The notes: generated by a model from the letters alone, not told the origin. A stretch of 64,000 bases of DNA from the human T2T-CHM13v2.0 reference genome, Homo sapiens (GCF_009914755.1 NC_060940.1), one strand, 5' to 3'; numbered from the stretch's first letter, positions 1 to 18,087 are shown. Translations and numbers: made by a program.

Positions 1-309
1 TCCTGACCTCAGTTGATCCACTTGCCTTGGCCTCCCAAAGTGCCGGGATTACAAGCATGAGCTATGGTGCCCGACCTAGCACAGGTTATTCGGTTCAAGG
101 TAGATGCACTCACTGTGCACTGGGAACTGTGCCTGGCACTGAGAGACAGCAGCAAGCAAGACAGGCAAGGCTCGGCCCTCCAGGGGAAGGCAGAGGCAGA
201 ACAGGTAGACAAGTAAATACACAAGAGAACTGTCAAGGGTAATGTACACAAAGGAAGAAATAAGACAGGATGGTAAAACAGGATAGGAGACCAATCTGGA
301 GATTCCTCG

Positions 310-1527
<1,218 letters not shown>

Positions 1528-1529
1528 TA

Positions 1530-1850
1530 AGAGCCTCACTCAGGTCTTCCTTACTGGCCAGGGCACCATCCCCAGCTGCTACGAGTGAGTGTTGGCTGCT
1601 AATGGCTCACAGGTCCGCAGTTCTCCAGGCAATTAAGTTGCTCAGCCAATCTGAGCTATCTCACCTGGGAGGATAGTCCCTGCCAGCGGCCACAGACAAT
1701 GGCTGGCTGACTCAGGTACAAAGGGCCTCTGGTGCAGACATCTCTGTGATGCACTTCAAGGTCTGGCGCCCCTTGCAGGATCAGCTGGGACTGGGCTGCC
1801 CCGTACTACTTCCTCACCCCTCTCCTTCTGAGGCTTTGCTTATCTAGAAC
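1530..1850 (+). mobile_element. LTR16-like (ERVL) fragment
   Basis: ggctgctaatggctcacag, caatggctggctgactcaggtacaaa, ggatcagctg; read by eye. Confidence 0.45.
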
Positions 1851-1866
1851 TTTCCGAGGGGAGGAC

Positions 1867-2432
1867 TTTTTTTCTTTTTTCTTTTTGAGACAGAGTCTCA
1901 CTCTGTCTAGGCCAGAGTGCAGTGGTGCAGTCAAAGCTCACTGCAGCCTCAACTTCCTTGGCTTAAGCGTTCCTCCAGCCTCAGCCTCCCAAGTACCTGG
2001 GTCTACAGGCGTGCAAAACTGCACTAGGCTAATTTTAATGTTTTGTAGAGACAGGGTTTCACCATGTTGCCCAGGCTGGTCTCAAACTCCCGGGCTCAAG
2101 CAATCTGCACAACTCAGCCTCCCAAAATGCTGAGATTACAGGCATGAGCCACCGCACCCAGCTGATTTTAATTTTTTTTTTTTTAGACCAGATCTCCCTC
2201 TGTCACCTAGGCTGGAGTGTAGTGGTGCCACCATAGCTTACTGCAGCCTCAAACCTCTGGGTTCAAGAGATCCTCCTGTCTCAGCCTCCCAAATAGCTGA
2301 GGCTACAGGCAGGCACCACCACACCTGGCTAATTAAAAAAAAAAGTTTTTATAGAGATGGGGTTTATTTTTTTGCCTCCAGGTTGGTCTCAAACTCCTGG
2401 GCTTAAGTGATCCTCCTCCCTCCGCCTCCCAG
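1867..2432 (-). mobile_element. Two tandem AluJ-like elements
   Basis: Reverse Alu sequence with J diagnostics (ctgcagcctc). Confidence 0.9.
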
Positions 2433-2667
2433 GAGAGGACTTTGAGCAGAGAAGAAAGATAAGACTTAGCTGGACATGTTGAAGGCCAAGAGGGAAAGTA
2501 TGTTGCAGCAGTGCCGTGGAGTAGAACTTTCTGCAAAAATGGAAAGATCTATATCTGCACCATCAAATATGGTACCCACCAGCCCCATGGGGCTAATGAA
2601 CACTTGAATGTGGCCATGCAATTGAGAACCTGAATTTTAGCTGTATTAATTTAAAACCTAAATTTTG

Positions 2668-3402
<735 letters not shown>

Positions 3403-3429
3403 TTAGGAGGTTATTGTGAATCCACATGG

Positions 3430-3885
3430 AGCGGATCGGGTGGTGTTCCTCAGAAAGATATGTTCAAGTCCTAAGCCCTGGTGCGTGTAATGTTATTAGG
3501 AAATAGGGTCTTTGCAGCTGTAATGAAGTTTAGGATCTTAAGATGAGATCATCCTGGATTTAGGGTGACACCTAAATCCAATGACTGATCTCCTGATAAG
3601 AGAAAGGAGAGGGAGGTTTGAGACATGGAGACATGCAGGAGAGAAGGCCATGTGGAGACGAAGGCAGAGATGGGAGCGATGCGGCTACAAGCTGAGGGAC
3701 GCCAAGGATTGCTGACAGCCCTCCGGAGCTGGGAGAGTGGAAGGGAACAGAGCCTCTCTCAGAGCCTCCAGGAACAGCAACCTTGATTTGGGACTTCTGG
3801 CCCCCAAAGCTGTGAGGGAATAAACTTCTGTTGTCTGTAGCCACCCAGTTTGTAGTAATTTGTGATAGCAGCCCTGGGAAATGAA
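3430..3885 (+). mobile_element. MLT1 (MaLR) solo LTR
   Basis: aaatagggtctttgcag, gagatcatcctggattt, ccacccagtttgtagtaatttgtgatagcagccct. Confidence 0.8.
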
Positions 3886-4071
3886 TGCGGCAAGGTGAGC
3901 TGTGATGGTGGCTTGGTTGTGGGACTGTGCTGCGGGTCCCACCTCTGGGGAGAAGAGACAGTGAAACTGTGCTCAGGACCAGAGGACATGAAGCTGGGTG
4001 AACTTCCCCATGGGAAGCCTGGGCTAGAGAGAAGCAAAGAGAAGTGACAGAAGCAGCCTGGAAACTTCCAC

Positions 4072-4225
4072 CAGCTCTGTCCAATAGAACTTTCTAGAGC
4101 AAGGGAGATATTCTGTGCTATGTTGTCTGATATGGTGAACCCTAGCCACATGTGGATACTGAGCCCTTGAAATGTGGTTATTGTGAATAAGGAATTGAAT
4201 TTTTAACTTTATTTAATTTTCATTA
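4072..4225. mobile_element. MER3 fragment (a second copy lies at about 2510-2660)
   Basis: ctgtccaatagaactttct..agccacatgtgg..cttgaaatgtgg. Confidence 0.65.
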
Positions 4226-4240
4226 AAATTCAGTTTATGG

Positions 4241-4527
<287 letters not shown>

Positions 4528-4742
4528 CTTTAAAGTTCAATTTTAAATGGACTTTCTTTCTGGGGGATAGGCATGGATGGGACCCTAGTGATTGGAGTAG
4601 GTCAGGAGAAGAGAGACCACTTATAGGAGGAAAAGGAAAAAGATGGCCCAAAGGCAGGAATGGAGAGGACGGGGACAAGGAAGATCATGCACAGATGGGA
4701 CAATTTAGCCACTGGAGAAGGGAGACAGCCTGAATCCTATCA

Positions 4743-5325
<583 letters not shown>

Positions 5326-5480
5326 TCACCTGAGCCCTCCACTTCAGGAGGTACTGGGGTTCAGCCTGAGCATCGAAGAAGCAGGGGCAGAGGGAAGAGA
5401 GGTCAGCAGAGCCCAGCCCCCACTCTCCTGCACCCAGGACCTAGACCCTATCCATCTCACTTCCAGGGCTGAAGACCTAG

Positions 5481-5747
<267 letters not shown>

Positions 5748-6499
5748 GAGGGACCCCAGACCCTCAAGTTCAAAGCCTTGGATCAATTTGCCTGCCCCTC
5801 CACCCCACCCCAACACATAACCTGCTTTTTCCATTTCCTAAATGGTTACTCAGGCGGTAACTGAGGCTGTGCAAAAATCATCGCTTGGGCACCACCCAAC
5901 ACTTTTTCTTGATTATCTATCCTCCTTCTCCTAACTGATAGCTCTCTTCTTGACATCTTTTCACATCTAGCAGTGGGGTCTCCACACCAGGATGGAGGGA
6001 GCAGGGTCCATCGCTGGACCAAGACCTGTGCTCCCTGCCCAGTGAAGCCCTGGCTTAGTGCTGTGTGACTGGGACAGCTTTTTCAACCTCTCTGGACCTC
6101 AATTTATCTTCCCATTTGACAACAGTAGGAGTAACTGACTTCCCAACTCCCCTAGGAGTGAGACTAAAGGGCAAAGAACTCAAAAGAAGTTCAAGGGATT
6201 GCAGTTAGCCATCAGGGTGAACTTCCCTTGCTGTAGGCTAGGGCTGAAATAATATGCCCAAGGAAGCCTGAGGATGGTCCTTTCAATCTTTTTCTCTTGG
6301 GGGATATCAACTCAGTATCTTGTCAAAAGAAGTACTGCTATGAAACCCGGTGAGCACAGCCCTGGGCACAGTGAATGCAGAATAAGGTTTATGGAGCAAA
6401 TGAGCAGCTGAAATGGGGCCAGACTCAGTCTCTTCCCCCTCCACCGGAAACCCTGTTAGTGCCCATAGGAGGATGCTCCAAGGATGACCCTCAATGATG

Positions 6500-6975
6500 T
6501 GGGGTCCTCCTGGCATCACATCCTTGAGTGTGGACCTAGAGATGCTTCTAAAGAAGAGCATGCAGAAAGAGTGATGGACTGTCACTTCCATGGTTAGGTT
6601 ACAAAAGACTGTGACATCCTTGTGGCTGGTACTGTCATTGTCCTTCTGGTTTGCATGCTTTGTTGAAGCAAGCCACCATGCTGGAGAGACCCATGGGTGA
6701 ATGAGGGTGGCTGCCAGCCAACAGCCAGCAAAGAACTGAGTTCTACCAACAAGCATGGGAGTGAGCTTGGATGTGGAACCTTCCCCAGTCCAGCCTTGAG
6801 ATAAGACCACAGCCCCAGCTGACAGCTTGATTGCAACCTGCGGAAGACCCTGACATGTACAACATAGCAAGGAACCTAGCCCAATTCCTAACCCACGGAA
6901 ACTGAGATAACAAATGTGGTTCTTTCAAGTCACTACCTTTTGGGGTACTTTATTACACAGCAATAGACAACTAAG
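6500..6975 (+). mobile_element. MLT1 (E/F-like) solo LTR
   Basis: cagccagcaaagaactgag, cagccttgagataagaccacagcccc, gcaatagacaactaa. Confidence 0.7.
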
Positions 6976-7697
6976 ATAATGCCCCTAGCATGGGGAGAAC
7001 AGAGTGGCCAAGTGGTTTGCCCCAAGTCATACAGCACGTTCATGGGAAATAATCCCCATATCTGATGACCTGTTCCTTCTTGGCCTGGCCATCATCCTAT
7101 TACAATCCCCACCCCCCACCCCCCACAAACCTCCTTTCTGGGCTGGCATGAGCTTTTGACCCCTGTCCTGTGAGAAAGCCCTTCGTCAACAGACACCAGC
7201 CTCTTTAGCACAGCAGGATGGGTGGGATCCACCAGCCAGGAGCTCATGAGGCTCTTCCAGGGCTTCATGGTAAGAACTTTACAAAAAGGGAGGTGGGAAA
7301 TGAGTGAGGAATGGGTGCCTCTTTCATGGAAGCCTGGAGAGAGAAGGTAAAGCCACCACCTGGGAGGCGACCATTCATTGCCTTGGCTTTCAAGTGAAAC
7401 AAGAGGGTTTCTAGAGCACAACAGAGTTACAAAACCACCCCTAGTTTAGGCAAGTGAGAAGACCACAGTGCACAGGGTGGGGCTCCCAGTGATGAGGAAG
7501 CCACGCAGTGGTACAGCCCGAGCTGCATCTCAGAACTCCACCCACACCCTGCACTCTACTGAGTTGTGGGACTGGATGTCCTGATTGAAGGAGGGTCCAT
7601 TTTTCAGACCCAGTGCACCTAGAAGCTCCTGAGACTCACCCCTTCCCGTTCCTGGATTCCCAGGGGTTCTCCTGCCTCCTCTGGCCTCCCTCACTTA

Positions 7698-7874
<177 letters not shown>

Positions 7875-7993
7875 TCACCACCCACCAGGCCCTTCTGACC
7901 TCCTCTGACTGGGGGCCTGGGGGGAGCAAGTCAGCTAGGTCAGCCTCCAGCCAGGCACTTAAGATACTCCTTCCCCGGCCTTGAGCACCTTTA

Positions 7994-8327
<334 letters not shown>

Positions 8328-8624
8328 TTAGAAACCCTGAGAAGCCGCTTCAGGTATCCTCTTGTCACCGGGGCACTGTGGACATGGAAGACGGGCCAGT
8401 ATCATGGTTGGTTTTGTTCTGAACCTCCAATAGCCATTAGAGTTGCCAATCAGTGCTCAGCAGGAAGAAAGCAAAGTAAGGGAGTGAGGGAGAAGAAGAG
8501 GGAGAGGAAGGGAAGGAGGAAGGCAGGCCTTTCAGATTGACAGAGACTGTTAATCTGAAATAATCTCTAAGCCAATCTCTAAGCCAGTTTCACTTCATCT
8601 GGGTTTTTTCATATATACATACAT

Positions 8625-8625
<1 letters not shown>

Positions 8626-8664
<39 letters not shown>
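8626..8664. repeat. (GT)~19 microsatellite
   Basis: Read directly. Confidence 0.95.
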
Positions 8665-8666
<2 letters not shown>

Positions 8667-8725
8667 TCAAACAGACTCAGAGTTTACCTTCTTAGTAATT
8701 ACCTTCTTAATTACTAAGAAAGTAA

Positions 8726-9275
<550 letters not shown>

Positions 9276-9759
9276 CTTTAAAAAAAAAAAAAATCCAGAG
9301 TTTACCCTCTTAATAACTAGATCAGTGAATAAAGAAGGAAGAAGGGAAGGATATAAGAATGCAAGAAGGGAGGGAGGGGAGGAGGAAGGAGGAGGGGAGA
9401 GGGGAGAGGAAGGGAGGGAGAAAGGAAGGCAAGAAGGAAGACAAAACTTTTTATCTGTCAAGATATTTTTCCCAATATGATGTCACCATTGTACCCTACA
9501 ATTTATGAAAGTGCAGATCTCAGGGAGGGGCAGGCAAGAGCCTGCTAAGGTCTGAGAATGTTCTACATCTTGATCTGAAGGTTTCACAGATATAAACATA
9601 GATGAAAATTCATCTTCAAAATCCATCAAGCTGTAAGCTTTACTGACTGTGATGCCTCAACAGAAAATACAATGAAAATCAGAAAAAGTCAAATACAAGA
9701 CACGAGTGGTGAAATGTCAACATTTGTGTTGGGTACATGAAAGTCTTTCATTTATTTCA

Positions 9760-10047
9760 TTTTTTTGAGACAGGGTCTTGCTCTGACACTCAGGCTGGAG
9801 TGCAGTTGCGCAATCGCAGCTTACCACAGCCTCGACCTCCAGGGCTCAAATGATCTTCCCGCCTCAGCCTGGCAAGTAACAGGGATTACAGTCACACACC
9901 ACCACACCTGGCTAATTGTTTAATTTTTTTCAAGAGATTGGGGCTTGCTATGTTGCTCAGACTGGTCTCAAACTCCTGGGCTCAAGCAACCATCATGCCT
10001 CAACCTCCCAAAGTGCTGGGATTACAGGTGTGACCCACAGCACCTGG
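9760..10047 (-). mobile_element. AluJ
   Basis: Reverse Alu consensus. Confidence 0.9.
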
Positions 10048-10169
10048 TGGGAGTCTTTTATATGATTCTCTCTACTTCTGTGTGTTTGAAACTTTCCACA
10101 ACAAAAAATAAAAGAACGAGAGAATGAACAAAGAATGGGCTCAAAAGCCTATGCATTTATTCCAGAAGG

Positions 10170-10880
10170 AAGCTGTCCTTGCACTTGGCCAACCACAAAC
10201 ACCCGGAACTGAGACACTGGCACTAAACGATGTCACCTGACCGTGACTGAAACATCCACTCTCTACCCTATTGTCACCCAGTGGCCCTTGACCTGTGAGC
10301 AGTTCTGCTGGTCACGGTGTCCCTCTTCTGCGACAAGGCCCTTTGAGGACAGGCTGTCTTGACACCCCTTCCCAGACTCAGCAGGACACAATGGTGAGGT
10401 TGCATGTGCTCAGTCCCTGAGAAGCCTAGAAATGAGGCAGTGATGTCCTGCCATGATGGCCTTCAATGATCAGAAGGATGTGCCAGTGCAACTCATGATC
10501 ATGAAGAGTTCGATTTCATTTGCCCAGACACTCCATACCACCTAAAGAAGCTATTCATCAGCTCCACCAGGAACATCTTCATGGGGTCACCTGCTAGAGA
10601 TGCACCTGCTGTTCCATACAAGGGCATCTGCTTTGTGAATGTGACTGCTACCTTATACAAGACCACAGTGAGTCAACATCTTTGACCATTTCTACCCTGT
10701 TCACCATAATTAATGAAGAGGATAATTCAAAGAAACAACCAGTGAAGCCTTACTTGAAAGATTCATCATCAAAACCATGGAAGTCTGGGGAAAGAGACAG
10801 ACAAGACTATGATGTAAAACAAAAAGTACTATCTGCAAGTGATGGGGGTAATTAATTCAACATTTGTTCAATACCGTCTA
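10170..10880 (+). mobile_element. Highly decayed Ty3/Gypsy-like LTR-retrotransposon pol fragment (RNase H C-terminus, GWP spacer, integrase zinc finger and start of core)
   Basis: Manual translation gives motifs in Gypsy order across frameshifts: QWPLTCEQF..EDRLS*HP; VLP*WPS/DQKDVPVQL; KEAIHQLHQEH; KQPVKP..SKPWKS..DYDVKQ/KYYLQV. Confidence 0.6.
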
Positions 10881-10961
10881 CCTTTTCCATTTTAGACTAG
10901 TGATAAGTGACAATGATTTACAACATAAGGGTCCCAAAGGCACCTTCAAATCATACTCAAG

Positions 10962-11270
<309 letters not shown>

Positions 11271-11911
11271 CAAACAGTTGTACATTCCAATATATTCTCC
11301 ATCCACACACTCACACACCAGAGACAGATTGGGAATAATAGGAGTGCTGAATTGGAAATTAGACCACCAGGGGCCAAATCTTGGTATCACCACTATACCT
11401 AAAAGACCTATACCTATAAGACCTTGGGCATCCATGTCCTTAAATGGAGGTGATAAAAGTGCCCTCCCATCAAGTGTGTGACAAGAAAAAAATGGAATAC
11501 TGCATGTGCAGCTTTCCAAGAGTCCCTAGCACATACTAAGTGCTCATCAGAGGTCAGCTATTCCAGTGCTCACAGTCTATTTTTCAAATAAGACACCAAT
11601 ACATTGAAATACCATTGTTTCCAAGAAGCCTCATCCCATCCTCCCAATTGAAACAAATCACATCTCTGGCATAAGCAAAGGTTTGTGTCTCCACTAACAC
11701 ACCTCAGACAGACTGGTTCACAGCAGGGTAGGTTGGGTCCCCCAATCAGAGTGTGAGCCACTCCTGGGGAGGGTCCAGGCCCACCTGTCCCCTTCTGTGT
11801 CCCCTCTGCATCTGCATCCTAGTGCCTGCTCCCAGATCTGCCTTGGGACTGGAGGCTGGCACTGCCTCACAGTCTGATCTCCCACCAGCCCACCCCTAAA
11901 GCTTATGCATG

Positions 11912-12100
11912 CTTCTTCTTTCTTCTTTTTCTTCCTCCTCTTCCTCCTCCTCAGTCTTTCTCTTCCCCTTCTCCTTCTTTCTCTTCCTCCTCCTCCTCCT
12001 TTTTCTTTCTCCTTCTTCTCCTTCCTTCCTTCCCTCTCCCCTCCTCCCGTCTTCCTCCTCCCCCCTTCCTCCTCCCCCTTTCTTCCCCTCCTCCTCCTCC
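11912..12100. repeat. ~190-bp pyrimidine (CT-rich) low-complexity tract
   Basis: Almost only C and T on the + strand. Confidence 0.9.
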
Positions 12101-12102
12101 GT

Positions 12103-12350
12103 GTGACAGGGTCTCTGTTGCTCAGATTGAAGAGCAGTGGCAGGATCATGGCTCACTGCAACCTCTGCCTCCCGGGCTCCAGTGATCCTCTCACCTCAGC
12201 TTCCTCAGTAGCTGGGACTACAGGTGCCTGCCACCACACTCAGCTAACTTTCTGTTGCCCAGGCTGGTCTCAAACTCCTGACCTAAAGTGATCCTGCCGC
12301 CTCAACCTCTTGAAGCACTGAGAATACAGGCATGTGAGCCGCCATGACTG
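12103..12350 (-). mobile_element. AluJ with an internal deletion
   Basis: Reverse Alu; adjoins a CT-rich tract. Confidence 0.85.
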
Positions 12351-12379
12351 GTCTGTACGTGACTTTTTAAAAAATAGAT

Positions 12380-13145
12380 TTTTTTAAGCTTTACAGCTTT
12401 GTTGAGGCATAGTTGATATACAATAAATTACACGTTTAATGTTTACAATTAGCTGAGGTTTGACTTATGTATATACCCATGAAATCATCACCATAATCAA
12501 GATAGTGAATGAATCCATCACTCCCAAAGGTTTCTGTATACCGCTTTACAATCCATCTCTCCTGCCTCCGCCTACCCTAGGCAACCACTGATCATAGATA
12601 AACACTTCTGTCACGGTGCATTAGTTTGCCTTTCTAGCATCAGAATCTGACAGTATATATATATTTGTTTTTGGAGGGAGGGGGTTCTGGCTTCTTCACT
12701 CAGCATAATTATTTTGAGAATTATTCATGTTGTTGTGTGTATCAATGATCTGTTTCATTTCATTGCACAATATTCCACCATATAGCTAGACCACAATTTT
12801 CATCTAGCCACCTGTTCATGGACATGTGGGTTGTTTCCACTTTGGGGCTATTACAAATAAGAGCTGCTATGAATATTTGTATCTGAGTCTTTGGGGAGAT
12901 GTATACTTTATTTCTTTTGGGTAAATGCCTAGGAGTGGAATAGCTGGATCATAGAATAGGTCAATGTTTCACTTTTTTAGAAACTGTCAAAGTTTTCCCC
13001 CAGGTTTCTTGTTTTCATTCCCACCAGCAGTATTCACGACTGCCAGTTGCTCCCCACCTTCGTCAACACTTAGTGTGGTCAGTCTTTTTAATTTCAGCCA
13101 TTCTCATGAACATGTAGTGGTATATTATGGTTTTAATTTGCATTG
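12380..13145 (-). mobile_element. L1M (MC/MD-like) 3' fragment
   Basis: ggcaaccactgat, ttttggggctattacaaataa, gggtaaatgcctaggagtggaatagctggatc. Confidence 0.75.
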
Positions 13146-13475
13146 TGCTTGTCTCTTTGAAGAGCAAGTCTTCAGAGAAGCATGTGGATTAGCCCAGGTG
13201 GTACAGGTGGACAGGCAGGTTGTGGTGGGGCCTGAGGGGTGAGCATCAGAGATGATATTAACCGAAAGAGGCTCCTATCCCCACACTCTCCTCCCATGGT
13301 CCCCAAGCACCAGCCACTGAGACGTTACAGCCAAGAGGGGCCTGGTATTTCCAAGGGAGAGGAAAATACCACTCCTCATCTCCCAATACACTTAGGTGAT
13401 TATAAGCAGGCACTAGAAACCCCTAAATTCCCCAGACCCTACCATGTTTGGAGTTGGGCAGTAATATCACATAGA

Positions 13476-13770
13476 GGCCTGGCGTGGTAGCTCATGCCTA
13501 TAATTGCAGCACTTTGGGAGGATGAGGTGGGAGGATCACTTGAGTCCAGGAGTTTGAGACCAGACTGGGGCAACATAGTGAGACCTTGTCTCCACGAAAA
13601 ATAGACAAAATTAGCCAGGCATGGTGATGCGCGCCTGTAGTCCCAGCTACAAGGGAGGCTGAGGCAGGAGCATCACCTGAGCATGAGAGGTTGAGGCTGC
13701 AGTGAACTGAGATCACGCCACTGCACCCCAGCCTGGGTGACAGAGTGAGACACTGTCTAATAAATAAATA
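13476..13770 (+). mobile_element. AluJ
   Basis: Alu consensus. Confidence 0.9.
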
Positions 13771-14079
13771 ATCACATGAAAGGAGGAGAAAGGGATCCTG
13801 TCCCTTGAACATCTCAACTGGAATTAGGCAAAGCCTTCACAACTTCTAGCACGAGACTAGCTCCAAAGAACAGTCGCAGAGAGCGACAAGCTCTGAAGAA
13901 GCTCAGTTCAGGCAATTCCTTGAAATCTCTCTTCCTGTTAAAAGCTAAGGGGCTGGCCGCAGGCTGGCAGGGCTGAGACATGACAGAGCTACTGATATTC
14001 ACCCAAACCAATCTGGATCGCTGTGCCGTGCCCCTGGCCAAATCTCTTGCAGTATGAGTACATGACACATGTCTTATCT

Positions 14080-14530
14080 TTTGTGTTCTAGAGCTTTGAT
14101 ATCTGAGGCCTTGCTGACCCTAGAGGCACTAGCCCTCCCAGGGTTAGCCAGTGATAACCTAGCGATAAGCAGACAAGTCACCCTGGAGCACACTCTTCAA
14201 ATGCAAAGCAACCAACCTAGAGCCCATAGTCCAACCACCTCCTTTACTGGGCATTCACTGTCCACCAGGCCACAGTACACCTGCTCTAATCACCCCAGGC
14301 CAGGTACTATTCAACTAGGGACAGTCCCTCTCCCCCAGAGCCCACTGAAATGATCCTCATTAGCCATTCCTAAGCCTCTTACCCTGCCCCACCCTGTCCT
14401 TCCCATGGAAACCATAACAAAGGCTCCTGCCCACGTTTCTCCCCCTCCCTCCCTCCTTCCTGAGCCACCCCAGTGCTCCCCCTGTGGACCCCTGTGGTGT
14501 GGAATGCCCCCTCTTCTTGGGAACTATCTT
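14080..14530 (+). mobile_element. ERVL-type solo LTR (MER54/MER74-like)
   Basis: ctgaggccttgctgaccc, caccccagggccaggtac, cccatggaaaccataacaaaggctcctgccc; subfamily uncertain. Confidence 0.5.
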
Positions 14531-14669
14531 TCTGATGGTGATCATCTGTTGATCTGTTGCCCTTAGTCTGGCTTCTTTTACTTAGCCTATTGTAAGAATC
14601 ATTCACATTGTTGTGTCACTGGTCTGTTTCACTTTACTGTTCAATATTCCACCTTAGAAGTAAACCAGG

Positions 14670-15330
<661 letters not shown>

Positions 15331-15442
15331 AGTAAAATATAAATATAAAAAAATTTACTGTATGATTATACCTCAAAATTTCCACTAATACACTGTGTTT
15401 TAAAACAATGAGGCCAGCTCTTCACATACTATTCATGCTATA

Positions 15443-16098
<656 letters not shown>

Positions 16099-16760
16099 CG
16101 AGACCCTGCTGAGCGTTTTTCAGTTTACAAAGTCCTTTCCCATCTTTTACGTCATTTGATACCCACAACTGCCCTGTGAGAAAGTGAGTCAGTGACTACT
16201 ATTCCCATTGCACATATGAAGTCAACTGAGGCCCAGAGAGGAGCTGTAAACAGCTAAGTGCATCATCAGAGGTGGACATGAGGCTTGAAACCCTAAAGTC
16301 ATTTTTCTCAAAGTGGCGTTCGCAGATCCCCACATCGGATTCTTCCAGAATGGCTTATTATCTATGCAGATCCTTGAGCCCTACACACTTACTGCATCCA
16401 AATCTCACCTCTCCAGGTCCTTGCTTAAATGTCACCTCCAAAGAAAGAGCTTCCCTGTCTACTCTATTCAAAACGGACAGCCACCTCCATCACTGCACCC
16501 CTCACCTGGCTTCCCCCTTTCTTCCTGGATCTATTTGTCTGCATGAATCAGTTTGTCTCCAGACCCTATGGGGGCACCAGGAAATGGCTTCCTGACTATA
16601 ACATAAGCTATCAGAAATCAGGGGCTGTGTTTTGTTCACACTGTTCTCCTATCGCCTAGAACAGTGTTTGGTGCAGCATTAGGGTTACCAGTTAAACTAT
16701 AGGACTCCCAGTTAAATTTGAATTTCATATAAACAACAAAGCACTTTCTCGTGTATGTTC

Positions 16761-17105
16761 TGTAATGGACTGCCTGAATGTCTGTGTTCCCCCAAAATTC
16801 CTATATTGAAAGCTTAATCTGTCCCAGTGTGCTGGAGGTGGGGCCTCTGAGAGGCGATTAGGTGATGAGGTGGAGCTCTCATGAATGGGATTAGTGCCTT
16901 TATAAGAAGAGGCTACTTTACTCTCTTTCTGCCAGGTGAAGAAATACAAAGGCTGTCTACAACCCGGAAGAGGGCCCTCACCAGAACCCGATCATGCTGG
17001 CACCCTGACCTTGGACTTTTAGCCTCCAGAACTGTGAGAAATAAATTTTGATGTTTACAAACCACCTAGCCTATGGTGGTACTTGGTTATAGTAGCATGA
17101 ATGCA
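16761..17105 (+). mobile_element. MLT1A/MST-type MaLR solo LTR inserted in a MER53
   Basis: tgtaatggactg..cccaaaattcctatattgaa..catgctggcaccctgaccttggactt..ccagaactgtgagaaataaatt. Confidence 0.75.
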
Positions 17106-17163
17106 AGGAGGCAAGCCCCCCCAGTTATTGCATGAGACATACTGATGTTAAAACATGATTTGT

Positions 17164-18087
17164 AGGTCAGGCACAATGGCTCACACCTATAATCCTAAAC
17201 ACTTTGAGAGGCTGAGGTGGGAGGATTGCTTGAGCCCAGGAGTTCGAGACCAGCCTGGGCAACATAGTGAAAACCCATCTCTACAAAAAATACAAAAAAA
17301 TTAGTCAGGTGTGGTGGTTTGCACCTGTGGTCCCAGCTACTCAGGAGGCTGAGGTGGGAGGACTGCCTGACCCCAGGAGGTGAAGGCTGCAGTGAGCCGT
17401 GATGCACCACTGCACTCCAGCCTGGGCAGCAGAGCAAGATCCTATATAATAATAATTTGGCCAGGCACAGTGGCTCACGCCTGTAATCCCAGCACTTTGG
17501 GAGGCCAAAGCAGGCAGATCACCTGAGGAGAGGAGTTCAAAACCAGCCTGGCCAACATGGTAAAATCCCATCTCTGCTAAAAATACAAAAATTGGCCAGA
17601 CATGGTGGCAAGCACCTGTAATTCCAGCTACTGGGAGGCTGAGACAGGAAAATCGCTTGAACCTGGGAGGCGGAGGTTGCAGGGAGCCAAGATCACACCA
17701 TTGCACTGGACTGCAAGACTGGGCAACAAGAGTGAAACTCTGTCTCAAAAACTAAATAAAATTTAAAAAATATAATAATTTGTTGGCTGGCCATAGTGTC
17801 TTAGTGCCTGTAATTCCAGCACTTTGCGGGGCACTGAGGTGGGAGGATCGCTTGAGCCCAGGAGTTTGAGACCAGCCTGGGCAATATAGTGAGACCCCAT
17901 CTCTACAGAAAAAAAAGAAAAACTGGCCAGGCATATAGTGCACATCTGTAATCCCAGCTACTTGGGAGGCTGAGGAAGGATTGCTTGAGCCCAGAAGGTC
18001 GAGGTCGCACTCAGCTATGATCACAACACTGTACTGCATTCTAGCCTGGCCAACAGAGTAAGACTCTGTCTCAAAAAAAAAAAAAAA
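17164..18087 (+). mobile_element. Three tandem Alus (J, S, J)
   Basis: Starts near 17164, 17459 and 17785. Confidence 0.9.

Noticed and set aside
1655-1675. Other AG|GTGAG recursive-like sites (about 1664 and 34810)
   Set aside because: Short or interrupted pyrimidine tracts inside LTR/MIR remnants; expected by chance
6307-6870. 187-aa minus-strand ORF (also the 170-aa ORF at 3572..4084)
   Set aside because: They lie mostly within MLT1 LTRs and show no protein family resemblance
11718-12291. Arg/Glu/Lys-rich and Pro/Ser/Phe-rich ORFs
   Set aside because: They arise from the CT-rich low-complexity tract plus an Alu
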